Origin: the human T2T-CHM13v2.0 reference genome, Homo sapiens
Assembly: GCF_009914755.1 (NCBI RefSeq)
Contig: NC_060935.1
DNA length: 64,000 bases
Strand: one strand, 5' to 3'
Positions 13,236 through 30,200 of the stretch are shown here, in pieces (the first letter of the stretch is position 1; every line of letters begins with the position of its first letter). Made by a program: the position numbers and the translations under genes. The notes under the pieces were generated by a model, which made no database searches, was not told the origin of the DNA, and saw only the letters and a program-made list of their open reading frames with translations.

Positions 13236-14299
13236 CGGCGCAGTATTCCTTCACTGCAGATTCGCTCAGATTGCTGGAGGCCATGACACCCAGCCAGTAG
13301 ACTCCTCTTATTGTGGAGGGGGACACTCAGAATGCCTCACAGGCAGCTTTAGCATCAGTGAATGAAGAACACAGGAACAACCCCCCTGGAATTTCATACG
13401 GAAGGGGATCCAAAGATCAAGGGATTGTTCAAATGGAAGATTGAGAGAGGGGTGGGTAGGTACATTAGAGGTCAGATTGAGAAGAAAGAAGCAACACAGA
13501 CCCATGTCCAGGAGGAATCATCTCTCTGTCATCCAGGTCAATGGGGTTAGAGACAGTGGCAGACAGATAAGCGGACATCGTTCCCTCCACCTCAGCTGTG
13601 ACACTGACCACAGGATGGCCCCAACCTCTGCCAAAATGCATAAGACACCAGAATAGGGTCTCCACACCTTGTACACCTCTTCTAAGACATACTTCTCCTC
13701 AGCCGCCTCTCCTCCCACTCTACCTCTCTTACTACCACCCCTTTCCATGAGGAGCGGAGAGTTCCCTGGCCCCAAATTGTCCTTTTTGATGTCAAAGTTC
13801 ATCTCCATGCTTCCTGTGTGACTGGGACTTCCCAGTCCCACCCTCCAATTTTTAAGTGGCCTCATTTCCAGCCACTTAAGTGATTCCATGCGCACACAGC
13901 TACTCCATCAAACGAGATTTCAGATAAGAACATTCCCTAGCCCACTTGCTTCTTGCATTATTGAATCCCAGGATAAGAACGGCACATCCTCGCCCCTGTA
14001 GAGAGCAATCATCTGTGGTGAAAAGAGAAAAAAAGCGGGTGTGTGGGGGGGTGGGGATAGGGCAAAGGTGACAGGATATGAAAAGGATAGAAAAGGATAT
14101 GAAAGGACAGAAAAAGAAACGAAGGTGGAAAGTGGAGAGCTGAAGGTGGAGAGGCAGAGCCAGGAGCCTTAGAGGCGCAAATGTGGAGAGGGGTGGAGGG
14201 AACCTGGCAAAAATACAGGGTCCCTGGTAGGTGCAGGGGTCATGGAGGGTCCGGCGCTGCCCCTTCGCTTCTCAGCTGCTCCCCCATCTTGCCCGCCTA

Positions 14300-14500
14300 G
14301 GCAGGGCGGGGAGCCCTCCGGAGCGGTGCGGAGGCAGCCAGGCCCCGCCCGCCGCAGCCGCGGCAGCCGCCGGAGGATTCCTGTCCTAATATGGAGCTGG
14401 GATTCCCCCGGCCCCGCCCCCGCCCCCGGCCCGCGGGGAGACAGAGGCTGGCAGCAGGGCGGGGGGAAGCGCTCGCTTGGGGGCCGGCAACGGGGGGAAG
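14300..14500. promoter_or_regulatory. CpG-rich element with serum response element, NF-kB site and GC boxes
   Basis: CCTAATATGG 14385-14394; GGGATTCCCC 14399-14408; GCCCCGCCCCCGCCCCCG 14411-14428. Confidence 0.75.
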
Positions 14501-15199
14501 GGATGCCTAAGTGCAGACCCAGGTCCTCGCCGTGCCCCCACGTCCCTGCCTCAGTTTCCCCTTCAGTAAGGTTAATTAGCTGAGAGGGAAACCACGAATC
14601 ACTGCAGACTACAGCGCTGATGTTGGTTTCTATTCTTGGCTGTGGGAAAACAGGATCAACGCCAAATTCAGCTGGTCCCTTTCCCACCGGACTCCCTTTC
14701 CACCCATCCTCGGGACTTAGACCCCCATGAACACCCCCTGATAAGCCGCCAAGGCCCGATTTGGGAAGCGGGGGCGGGAATTTGTTCTCTAAAAATGGCC
14801 AAGGGAATCCCAGGTTAAATAGTCCCCAGAGAGGAACCCCAGCAGTGACCTGTCCCACGGAGGCCAAGGAAAGTCCTCCTTCCCTGCATGTGAACGTGAC
14901 CTTGTCTGTCAAGTAACGAGGGGGATTTGTAGACAACCCTGTTCTTCCCCATTCCCTCAACTCCTCAGAAAAATTAGTGTCAGTGCCGGCCCCTCTCTGC
15001 CCTCTGCGGACTCCTGCCGCGGGCTTCAGGCCGCCCTAAACCTGGCCCTGTCGCTTCCCTCAACTGAACGCATTCAGACGCCAGGGTCCCCACACTCCAT
15101 TCAAGCTTTCCTAACGCAGCGCCTTCCTCTCCGCTCAGCTCCCGCCAGGCTTGGCCCCCTCCGCAGCCTCCTGCTCCCCCCTCGCCCGCCTCCCTCCCT

Positions 15200-15385
15200 C
15201 TCTCATTCTACGTCATGAGATGACGTCGGAAGCCGGGCGGGAGGAGGAGCCCCCCTCCCCAGTCAGCGGCTCCCGCTGCAGCTTGCTTAGCCCAGCCTCC
15301 CGCTCTCCCGCCCCCCCGGCTCTAAAACGAGCCCCCCACGCCTGGCAGGAGCTATATAAGGCGGCGTGAGGCAGGCGAGGGGGGC
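15200..15385 (+). promoter_or_regulatory. NPAS4: NPAS4 core promoter (two CRE-like sites, GC boxes, TATA box)
   Basis: TACGTCA 15209-15215, TGACGTCG 15221-15228, TATATAA 15353-15359 in a CpG island; TSS inferred near 15383. Confidence 0.88.
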
Positions 15386-15526
15386 AGCGCAGCCGAGCGG
15401 AGCCCAGGAGAGCAGAGAGCGAGCCTGAGCGAGAGACGGGGAAGCACGGAGGAGGAAGCCGCCGGTGCGTCGGGACGGGAGCGCAGGTGCTCGGGCACCC
15501 GAGCTGGAGCTCCGCAGCCGCCGGTC

Positions 15527-15701
15527 ATGTACCGCTCCACCAAGGGCGCCTCCAAGGCGCGCCGGGACCAGATCAACGCCGAGATCCGGAACCTCAAGGA
15601 GCTGCTGCCGCTGGCCGAAGCGGACAAGGTCCGGCTGTCCTACCTGCACATCATGAGCCTCGCCTGCATCTACACTCGCAAGGGCGTCTTCTTCGCTGGT
15701 G
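15527..15701 (+). CDS. NPAS4: NPAS4 coding exon 1 (bHLH)
   Basis: ATG 15527; donor G/GTGAGC. Confidence 0.97.
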
Positions 15702-18700
15702 GTGAGCATGCTGGGGCTACCGCAGATCCGAGCTGCCAGGCGCCGGAGACCCTGGAGCTGAGGGAACCCGCTGGGGCTGTCGCATGTCTAGGGCAGCGTG
15801 CTGGCGAGCTGGGGAGATTCGGGACTCGGGAGATTCGGGACTTTCTACTTTTCCTCCTGAGCTCCCTCCAGACCTCACCTTAGTTCTGAATGAGAGTTAG
15901 AGAGCCTGGACGGTGTCCCTAACACCAGATTATGAGAGGATAAGAGCCAGGACAGAGCGGCCTCGGTGCCCGCCAGTGCAGAAGCGCTCCGGGAGCCGGG
16001 GAGGGAAGCCCGGGAAGTTGCAGGGATGGAGCTGCCTGAGCCTAGGGGAACATAGCTACTGTCCGCGGTGCTGAAAGGGATCTCCTGTCGCCTTCGGGGC
16101 GCTGCCCATGGTGCTGACGGCTGCGCCGGCCGTGTATGGCTCTGTCCATGGTTCTGAACCCACAGTCGGCTTCGGAGCTCTGTCCGCGGTTCTGAAATTC
16201 AGAGCCGCTTTGGAGCTCTGTCCGCGGTTCTGAAATTAAGAGCCGAGAGGAGCCGACCCCGCTTTAGAAGTCGAGGGCTTGTGGGCTATGGAGATACAGC
16301 AACAGGTTCCCTGGCCAAGAGCTGCGGGCAGCGGGTCAACAGGTGTTTGCAGAGGCAGGTCCATGAGAAATTCCTCTGGATTCTCTGAAACTCAGACCAT
16401 GCCTTCCTCACTTCTTCTCTGCCTCCCAGTCTTACTCCTGACGCACTACGTCTTCTCGCCCTACAGGCACTCCTCTGGCGGGCCCCACGGGGCTTCTCTC
16501 AGCTCAAGAGCTTGAGGACATCGTAGCGGCACTACCCGGCTTTCTGCTTGTGTTCACAGCCGAGGGGAAATTGCTCTACCTGTCTGAGAGTGTGAGCGAG
16601 CATCTGGGCCACTCCATGGTGAGTGCTAAGGGTCCTTTCAGCTGAGGCTGGGCATGGAGTGGGTGCCGTGAGCCTTCCACTCCTGAGGAACTGGGAATTA
16701 CTATGGAGGGAGAGGTTATACCCTACAAGATACTGTAGATCAAAGATTGGCTCCTGCTGTTCTCCCTAATGGTCATCTCTTCTTTTCCTCCCTCCAGGTG
16801 GACCTGGTTGCCCAGGGTGACAGCATCTACGACATCATTGACCCAGCTGACCACCTCACTGTGCGCCAGCAACTCACCCTGCCCTCTGCCCTGGACACTG
16901 GTAAGGACTCCCTTCTCCCTTCCTCGGTCCAATTTCCCACCTGCTGCCCTTCTCCCCACCATCCACTGTCTCTCTCTCAGCCACTCACCCTCTTATCTGT
17001 TTTTCTCTTCATCTATCTAGATCGCCTCTTCCGCTGCCGCTTCAACACCTCCAAGTCCCTCAGGCGCCAGAGTGCAGGCAACAAACTCGTGCTTATTCGA
17101 GGCCGATTCCATGCTCACCCACCTGGAGCCTACTGGGCAGGAAATCCCGTGTTCACAGCTTTCTGTGCCCCTCTGGAGCCGAGACCCCGCCCAGGTCCTG
17201 GCCCTGGCCCTGGCCCTGCCTCGCTCTTCCTGGCCATGTTCCAGAGCCGCCATGCTAAAGACCTGGCTCTACTGGACATCTCCGAGAGGTAAGCCTGGAG
17301 TGTTCAGATTCCAAGAGAAAGGCAGGCCAGAGATGAAGGGACCCTAGATTCTGGAGTCAGGGGCAGGGAGGATGGGGTTTAGGGGGGCAGAGGATCTGGG
17401 AGGGAGTGAGATGCATGGGTATCAAGCAAGGAAAACAGAAAGCTGACCTCACCCTTTCCACCTTCCCAGTGTCCTAATCTACCTGGGCTTTGAGCGCAGT
17501 GAACTGCTTTGTAAATCATGGTATGGACTGCTGCACCCCGAGGACCTGGCCCACGCTTCTGCTCAACACTACCGCCTGTGTGAGTGTCCAGAGAGGCTGG
17601 GGACAAGATAGCAAGCTGGGAAAGGGCATGGGAGACCAGACAAAGAATGATCTGTAGTCAAGAGTGATGCTGGGGAGATAACAGAGGCCAACAGTTTCGG
17701 ATGCTATAGGGTGAACATGAAGGTGAGGATTCAAGGCAATAATCAAATCAGAACTGGGGGACTCTGAGTGGTGAGGTCAAGGTAGAGAGCTGAGTGGTTC
17801 AGGTGAGGGTAGTCAGAAGAGAGGATGTCACGGCTATCTCAATTCAGTGGAGAGGTGACCAAGGGTGGGGAGTAGGTAGAATTGCCTGGTGGACATCCTA
17901 ACTCTGCATCTTCTTTCTCCCCAGTGGCTGAGAGTGGAGATATTCAGGCAGAGATGGTGGTGAGGCTACAGGCCAAGACTGGAGGCTGGGCATGGATTTA
18001 CTGCCTGTTATACTCAGAAGGTCCAGAGGGACCCATTACTGCCAATAACTACCCAATCAGGTAAGCCACAAGCCAGGGGACTAGGGGGCAGCTGAGGTCG
18101 TCATGGAGGAGACACAAATCAGGGAACTGCTCTGGATATGGACGTCGGACCCTTACCAGCTGCCTCTTCTCTCCTCTCCAGTGACATGGAAGCCTGGAGC
18201 CTCCGCCAGCAGTTGAACTCTGAAGACACCCAGGCAGCTTATGTCCTGGGCACTCCGACCATGCTGCCCTCATTCCCTGAAAACATTCTTTCCCAGGAAG
18301 AGTGCTCCAGCACTAACCCACTCTTCACCGCAGCACTGGGGGCTCCCAGAAGCACCAGCTTCCCCAGTGCTCCTGAACTGAGTGTTGTCTCTGCATCAGA
18401 AGAGCTTCCCCGACCCTCCAAAGAACTGGACTTCAGTTACCTGACATTCCCTTCTGGGCCTGAGCCTTCTCTCCAAGCAGAACTAAGCAAGGATCTTGTG
18501 TGCACTCCACCTTACACGCCCCATCAGCCAGGAGGCTGTGCCTTCCTCTTCAGCCTCCATGAGCCCTTCCAGACCCATTTGCCCACCCCATCCAGCACTC
18601 TTCAAGAACAGCTGACTCCAAGCACTGCGACCTTCTCTGATCAGTTGACGCCCAGCAGTGCAACCTTCCCAGATCCACTAACTAGCCCACTGCAAGGCCA

Positions 18701-20336
18701 GTTGACTGAAACCTCGGTCAGAAGCTATGAAGACCAGTTGACTCCCTGCACCTCCACCTTCCCAGACCAGCTGCTTCCCAGCACAGCCACCTTCCCAGAG
18801 CCTCTGGGCAGCCCTGCCCATGAACAGCTGACTCCTCCCAGCACAGCATTCCAAGCACACCTGGACAGCCCCAGCCAAACCTTCCCAGAGCAACTGAGCC
18901 CCAACCCTACCAAGACTTACTTTGCCCAGGAGGGATGCAGTTTTCTCTATGAGAAGTTGCCCCCAAGTCCTAGCAGCCCTGGTAATGGGGACTGCACGCT
19001 CTTGGCCCTAGCCCAGCTCCGGGGCCCCCTCTCTGTGGATGTCCCCCTGGTGCCCGAAGGCCTGCTCACACCTGAGGCCTCTCCAGTCAAGCAGAGTTTC
19101 TTCCACTACTCTGAAAAGGAGCAGAATGAGATAGACCGTCTCATCCAGCAGATTAGCCAATTGGCTCAGGGCATGGACAGACCCTTCTCAGCTGAGGCTG
19201 GCACTGGCGGACTAGAGCCACTTGGAGGACTGGAGCCCCTGGACTCCAACCTGTCCCTGTCAGGGGCAGGCCCCCCTGTGCTCAGCCTGGACCTGAAACC
19301 CTGGAAATGCCAGGAGCTGGACTTCCTGGCTGACCCTGATAACATGTTCCTGGAAGAGACGCCCGTGGAAGACATCTTCATGGATCTCTCTACCCCAGAT
19401 CCCAGTGAGGAATGGGGCTCAGGGGATCCTGAGGCAGAGGGCCCAGGAGGGGCCCCATCGCCTTGCAACAACCTGTCCCCAGAAGACCACAGCTTCCTGG
19501 AGGACCTGGCCACATATGAAACCGCCTTTGAGACAGGTGTCTCAGCATTCCCCTATGATGGGTTTACTGATGAGTTGCATCAACTCCAGAGCCAAGTTCA
19601 AGACAGCTTCCATGAAGGTGAGTCAGCCAAAAGGTCCAAGAACTCAAGTCCCTGTCCTGCCAATGAAATGCTGGGTAGATTTAGGCAAATCAATTCCCCC
19701 TCTCTGTACATTGATTTTATTAAGGGGATGACATCCCCTGCTGAAGAGAGTAGCAGTGGAGATAAGAAAAAATGAAAGACTTAATATGAAAGTTTGAACA
19801 AGCAGACTTGGCAGGGGTTGGGGCTGTGGGATAGAGTGCTAGGGAATTCTTAAGTAAGGGCTTGTGCTTAACTCCATGAGAGGCCTAGATCAGTCTTCAG
19901 CACCCCATTTTACAGATGAAAATAATCAAGGTCCCAGAGTTAAACAGACTTTCCTTAGGGTGCACAACAAACTGATGGAAGAGGGACTAGAGCTCTATCC
20001 TAGTATCCTAGCTCCCTGAAGGGGATACAGAGCAAGAATTTATGCAAGTTGGTAAAAGAAAGACGAGGCTCAGCCCCTGACTCCATTGAGGTAGCTCCCT
20101 GGTTACAGCCCCATCCTTCCTAAACTACAGCCACAGTTTCACTCCGTCCATCCAAATTGCCCCCTAATCTACTGAGCCTCTGGCCATCATTTCATCATTG
20201 AGCCAATATCTTTGAAGCCTATACTAATACCAACACATTCTCAGCCCCAGGATCCTCTGTGCTAATTGGTCTAACTGATTGTGTTCTCTCTATCTATCTC
20301 TCTGCAGATGGAAGTGGAGGGGAACCAACGTTTTGA
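15527..20336 (+). CDS. NPAS4: Neuronal PAS domain protein 4 (bHLH-PAS immediate-early transcription factor), 8 coding exons, 802 aa
   Basis: join(15527-15701,16467-16618,16798-16900,17021-17288,17470-17579,17925-18060,18182-19617,20308-20336) = 2409 nt, all GT-AG, phases consistent; begins [28 protein letters not shown], ends DGSGGEPTF*. Confidence 0.98.
16055..16234 (-). promoter_or_regulatory. Tandem array of five RE1/NRSE-like sites in NPAS4 intron 1
   Basis: 21-mers at 16055, 16098, 16138, 16176, 16214, all on the minus strand, period 38-43 bp. Confidence 0.88.
16467..16618 (+). CDS. NPAS4: NPAS4 coding exon 2 (PAS-A start)
   Basis: ctacag/GCACTCCT ... TCCATG/gtgagt; encodes [29 protein letters not shown]. 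Confidence 0.96.
16798..16900 (+). CDS. NPAS4: NPAS4 coding exon 3
   Basis: ctccag/GTGGAC ... ACTG/gtaagg; [19 protein letters not shown]. Confidence 0.96.
17021..17288 (+). CDS. NPAS4: NPAS4 coding exon 4
   Basis: atctag/ATCGC ... GAGAG/gtaagc; [16 protein letters not shown]. Confidence 0.96.
17470..17579 (+). CDS. NPAS4: NPAS4 coding exon 5 (PAS-B)
   Basis: tcccag/TGTCC ... CCTGT/gtgagt; [26 protein letters not shown]. Confidence 0.95.
17925..18060 (+). CDS. NPAS4: NPAS4 coding exon 6 (PAC)
   Basis: ccccag/TGGCT ... ATCAG/gtaagc; [15 protein letters not shown]. Confidence 0.96.
18182..19617 (+). CDS. NPAS4: NPAS4 coding exon 7 (P/S/T-rich and acidic transactivation region)
   Basis: ctccag/TGACATG ... 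GAAG/gtgagt; 1436 nt within ORF 18138-19775. Confidence 0.97.
20308..20336 (+). CDS. NPAS4: NPAS4 last exon, coding part
   Basis: ctgcag/ATGGAAGT...TTTTGA; completes the frame. Confidence 0.93.
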
Positions 20337-20985
20337 ATAAGTCTGTGACTTAACGTCGTCAAGTATGGCATATTGTCATCAAGACGTGGAGCCGCTCTCC
20401 ACCCCCCCGGGACTGTTGGGGGGATTCTGAGGGCCAGAGGGGGATATATATGATTCCCCAGGCCCTGCAGGATTTTGGGGGGGGGGAGGTGGGAGGGCAA
20501 GGGAGGGGAGCTTCTTTTTAAAATCAAGAGACTTCGAGCGATCCCAGTTTCCATTTCAATCTGTATTCACTCGTAGTGAGTTTCCTTGAATGGGATTTCA
20601 AGCGGAGAATGGGGGAGTCTCACTTCCCCGCCGCCTTGCCCCATTGGCCTGGGCCAGTTCTCCACTCCTAGGGGCCAAGCCACCCCTAGCCTTGGTGGGG
20701 GAAAGGCAGGGCCCACCCGGGCCAGCCCGTGCCCTGAGGGGCTCTTGACACCCACGTAGAATTCTCTACACACCAGTAACGGGATTTCAATTCCGATGGA
20801 CTCTGCCGCCCTGGCGGCCCTTCCTGTGACTTTTGCGCCCCGCGCCTGGGGTGGGGGGTGCGAAGAGACGCTACGTTCCTTTCCGATGGAGGAAGGCAGA
20901 CCTGCCGTCACACGTGTGCTTGCACGAGTGCGTGTACCTGGTGCGGGACTCACCCGGCCGCCAGACTGCCTGGGCCTGCCCAGAT

Positions 20986-21000
20986 GGCCACCTCGTGGTG
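20986..21000 (-). promoter_or_regulatory. CTCF-like motif in NPAS4 3' UTR
   Basis: Minus strand CACCACGAGGTGGCC. Confidence 0.5.
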
Positions 21001-21027
21001 CTGCGGTGACTTTGTAGCCAACTTTAT

Positions 21028-21033
21028 AATAAA
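21028..21033 (+). terminator. NPAS4: NPAS4 polyadenylation signal
   Basis: AATAAA about 690 nt after the stop, followed by T/GT-rich sequence. Confidence 0.88.
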
Positions 21034-21940
21034 GTCCAGTTTGCCTTTTTGGTACCTCTGGTGTCATGCGCTGCTGTGTAAAAGGAAGGGTGGAGGATAA
21101 GTTTGGGAGGCTTGGATGGGAGCCTGGGGGCCAGGAGGTAAAAGCTGGACCTGTTTATGGCCCCAGCATTTCTTCATCCACTTGTGAATTCATTCATTCA
21201 TTCACTCATTCATTCATTCTTTCACTCAACGTCCACATGTACATTGTGTGGCCCATACTGTGCTAGAAGCTGGAAAGTTTAGGGCTGAAACAGATGTTAT
21301 GTCTTGCCCTCAAGGTGCTTGGCGTCCAGTACTAGAGAATACTGGCATCTCCTCTCTGCGCCAGGCTTGCAGTGCTCGTGGTGTGGGAGGGGACAGAGGG
21401 CCTAGGAGTGGACATGAGGATTCAATTTGATGTTGGGTCTGGGCATGGGTTTGAAGCTTCTGCTCACAAGTTCTTTCTTCACCTGGTCCTTCAGGGAAGC
21501 AACTTCCTTGTGGGGCCCTGGATCGACTCACTGGAAATTATAACCACGTCTGTTATCCTTGCACAGGGCTTTCAGCTGACACACACTTTTACCTCTCTTA
21601 TTTGCTGCAACAATTCTTCTGGGCAGGCATATTAGCCCATCTCACTGATGAAGAAACTGAGGACCACAGGTAAAAAGTTATTTGTTCCCACAATTGATGA
21701 CAGGCATGGGTGGATGGGCAACATACCCAGAGCATCTGCATCCCAGCCCTGGGCTGTTTTCTCTGCTGGCAGAGCCAGTGAATCACCACCCATCCCAAAT
21801 CATCTCATCCCAGATTACTCAAGAAGGGCAAATGTGGGCTGGAGCAGGGTCCTCTCTCCCAAGTGTGGGGTGAGAAACCCCTTCTTTTTGCTCTCCAGGT
21901 CTGTAAAGTAGAGCTGAGCAGAATATAACTCAGTAAGTCA

Positions 21941-22318
<378 letters not shown>

Positions 22319-23166
22319 TCATCTCCACCAATTATTTGCCAAATGGGACTTGAGGCTCAGTTTCTCCACAAGTGAAGCAGGGCTGACAAACATGGTACTT
22401 ATCTCCCAAAGATGCTGTTAGAACTTGATAGTGTCCATTTATAAGCAGAGAAGCACAGAATTGACTTAAGTTATTCAATTGAATTAGAAGGCAACGGTGA
22501 CCTCAAAGGCTTCCCCAGTGAAGTACAGAGGCTGGGTTCCAGGAACTGAGGGCACAACCTGAGAAAGCCCCTAAGCCTCCTTTTATTCCAAATCCTCCAG
22601 CTCTGGGGCCATGCCCTTCAGACAGTCCCATGGGAAGGAAGACACTCCTAGGGACCTGTCACTATTTTTCCAACTTGGATGGGTCCTTGGGTGGAAAAGG
22701 AGGGTGGAGTTTTGCCCTCTGCCTTCCTTGTGCATCTGTTCTCCAACTTGGACAAAATAACTGGATTGTCAGCCCCAGGAGGACCCTGGCATGGAGCACA
22801 GGACTGGCACATAACAGACACACTCAAAATGTCTTCTTGAAAGGAATCTTTCTCTCTTTCTCTCTTTCTCTCTTTCTTTCTTTCTTTGTTGGCAATGTTC
22901 ACTATATTGCTGGACTCAAACTCCTGGGCTCAAGTGATCCTCCTGCCTCATCCTCCCAAAATACTGGGATTGCAGGTGCACATGGCTGAGAGGACACTTC
23001 TGAAGTTCAGTCAAAGGGTTTCATTAGACTCATCAGTTTCTACTGTAAAAATGTGTTCCTAAGTTCCCCAGAGGGAATCTTAAGTGACCATGAGCTCAAG
23101 ACATGCATTGGAGTCCCATATAAAAACCTCCCTGGGGTCATTAAAAAAAAAAAAAAAGGAAAGTCT

Positions 23167-24343
<1,177 letters not shown>

Positions 24344-24518
24344 CGCCCCACAACTTTAAAAGGTAAAAATTATGGAAGAAAAAAAGAAACCCCTCCCTGG
24401 TATTTGGTGGCAGTGACAGGAGATGGTAGAGTGTGTGTGGACAAGAAGGCACCCTGACACTCAGAACTGGAGAGCCAGGCCGTCGACCCATGCGGAGAAA
24501 GAAGTTGAGCGAGCCCAT

Positions 24519-24534
24519 TGCGCCCCCTGCTGGA
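24519..24534 (-). promoter_or_regulatory. Strong CTCF motif
   Basis: Minus strand TCCAGCAGGGGGCGCA in a short CpG-retaining unique island. Confidence 0.8.
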
Positions 24535-25113
24535 CATAGAACCATCTGCTTCTGTTCCCTTCCCTGGCACGGTCCCTGTGGCTCAGAGCATCAACAATAT
24601 TGCATCTTAGAATAGATGGGTAAACTGAGGCCCAGAGAGAAGAAAGGAATTGCCCAATGGCACTTCCAAAGTGGCTGCAGAAGCCAAATCTGACTCTCAA
24701 GCACCCTTGCCACCAACACCAGGTTGCTGCCCTGGGAGCAAAAAGGTATGAGAAAGGGCTGAAGTTTTGGAGTCACAAAGACTGAGGTCAAATATTGGCT
24801 CTGGCACTTCATTTTGCATGTGATAAACACTTATGACACCTACATGCGCCAAGGGCTTTGCTGGGTCCTGGGGAAAACTGAACAAGACAGACAAGGTCCC
24901 TGGACTCACAGACCTTACACTGAAGTTGTGGGGAGACGTAACAAAAAGTAAAATAACTCTTTAAAGGGAGCATGCAGTGCGTGCAGTGAAAGAAAGAACC
25001 TGTGTACTGTGGCCGAGCGGAACTGAGGAGGGGGTGCTAATTTAGAATGTGGCATCAGAAAGCTCTTCTAAGGTGACATTGAGCTAAGACCTAAAAGATA
25101 AGAAAGAAGAAGA

Positions 25114-29305
<4,192 letters not shown>

Positions 29306-30194
29306 CTATATAGAGTATGACCCCAGTTTGTTTTTTCAAAAAGCATTATACATAAATACACACACAAAGAAAAAAAGGAGCAGAAAAGATATACACCAAA
29401 TATTGGCAGAAGTCTCATCTGGGTGGTGGGATAACATGAGGTTTTTATTTTCTTTTAGGTGTTTATCTATGCTTTCCATATTTTCTCAGTGTAAAATGAA
29501 GTGTCTAGCACATAACAGATGGTCAGTAAATGCGAATCTCCTTTCTCCCCCAACTCCTGCTCTCTTCTCTGAAAGGACAATGAGGAAATAGAAGGCCAAG
29601 GGCTTCCCGAGGACTTCTCCATCAGGCAGGAACCTACTGAAGCTTTGCTCTTTCTGTGGTCTGTAGCTGTCAGCCCTACAATAGTTCATGTTCAGCCAAC
29701 ATCTGACCCAGAGCCAGGGTCAGGAGCTTAGTAGAAGGGCCTGAAGTAGCCCCTGGGATCTGGGTACTCCATGTAGTAACCCTGCCTGGGGCTGAACTGA
29801 GATCTCCACAGGGACTTGTTTCTGCAGAGGTGGCAAGTTGTTCAGAGATAAAAGAGATTTTTGATGGAAGAAGTAAGCAATACACCTCAGCCCTAGCAAC
29901 CATAGTTCCCACCCTGGGGAGGGGAAGAACACAGGATTTCAAATGAGAAGGCCTGGGTTCTATTCCTACCTCTGGCACCAATTCAGAACCTGGGCAATAA
30001 AACAAAATTATAACTTAAAAAAGAAAAAAAAGGACCTGGGCAAGTTACTTTGCTTGGCTGAACCTCAGTTTGCACATCTGAGAAGCAGTATGAAGACCCC
30101 AATTTCCTAATGTCTGCCCATATTGGCTACCACCAGTACTGGTTCCCTTCCCTGAGGTCCCAAGATAGAAGATGACAGTGGGTAAGAAAGGATG

Positions 30195-30200
30195 TTTATT
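30195..30200 (-). terminator. MRPL11: MRPL11 proximal polyadenylation signal
   Basis: TTTATT on + (AATAAA on -) about 150 nt past the stop. Confidence 0.75.

Noticed and set aside
14169-14960. 263-aa minus-strand ORF
   Set aside because: Non-ATG start, GC-rich promoter sequence, no homology recognised
16055-16234. CRISPR-like repeat-spacer appearance
   Set aside because: Mammalian intron, no cas genes, repeats match the REST motif and the last spacers are duplicates
19896-19904. RE1 left half-site TTCAGCACC in intron 7
   Set aside because: No right half-site; embedded in MIR-like sequence
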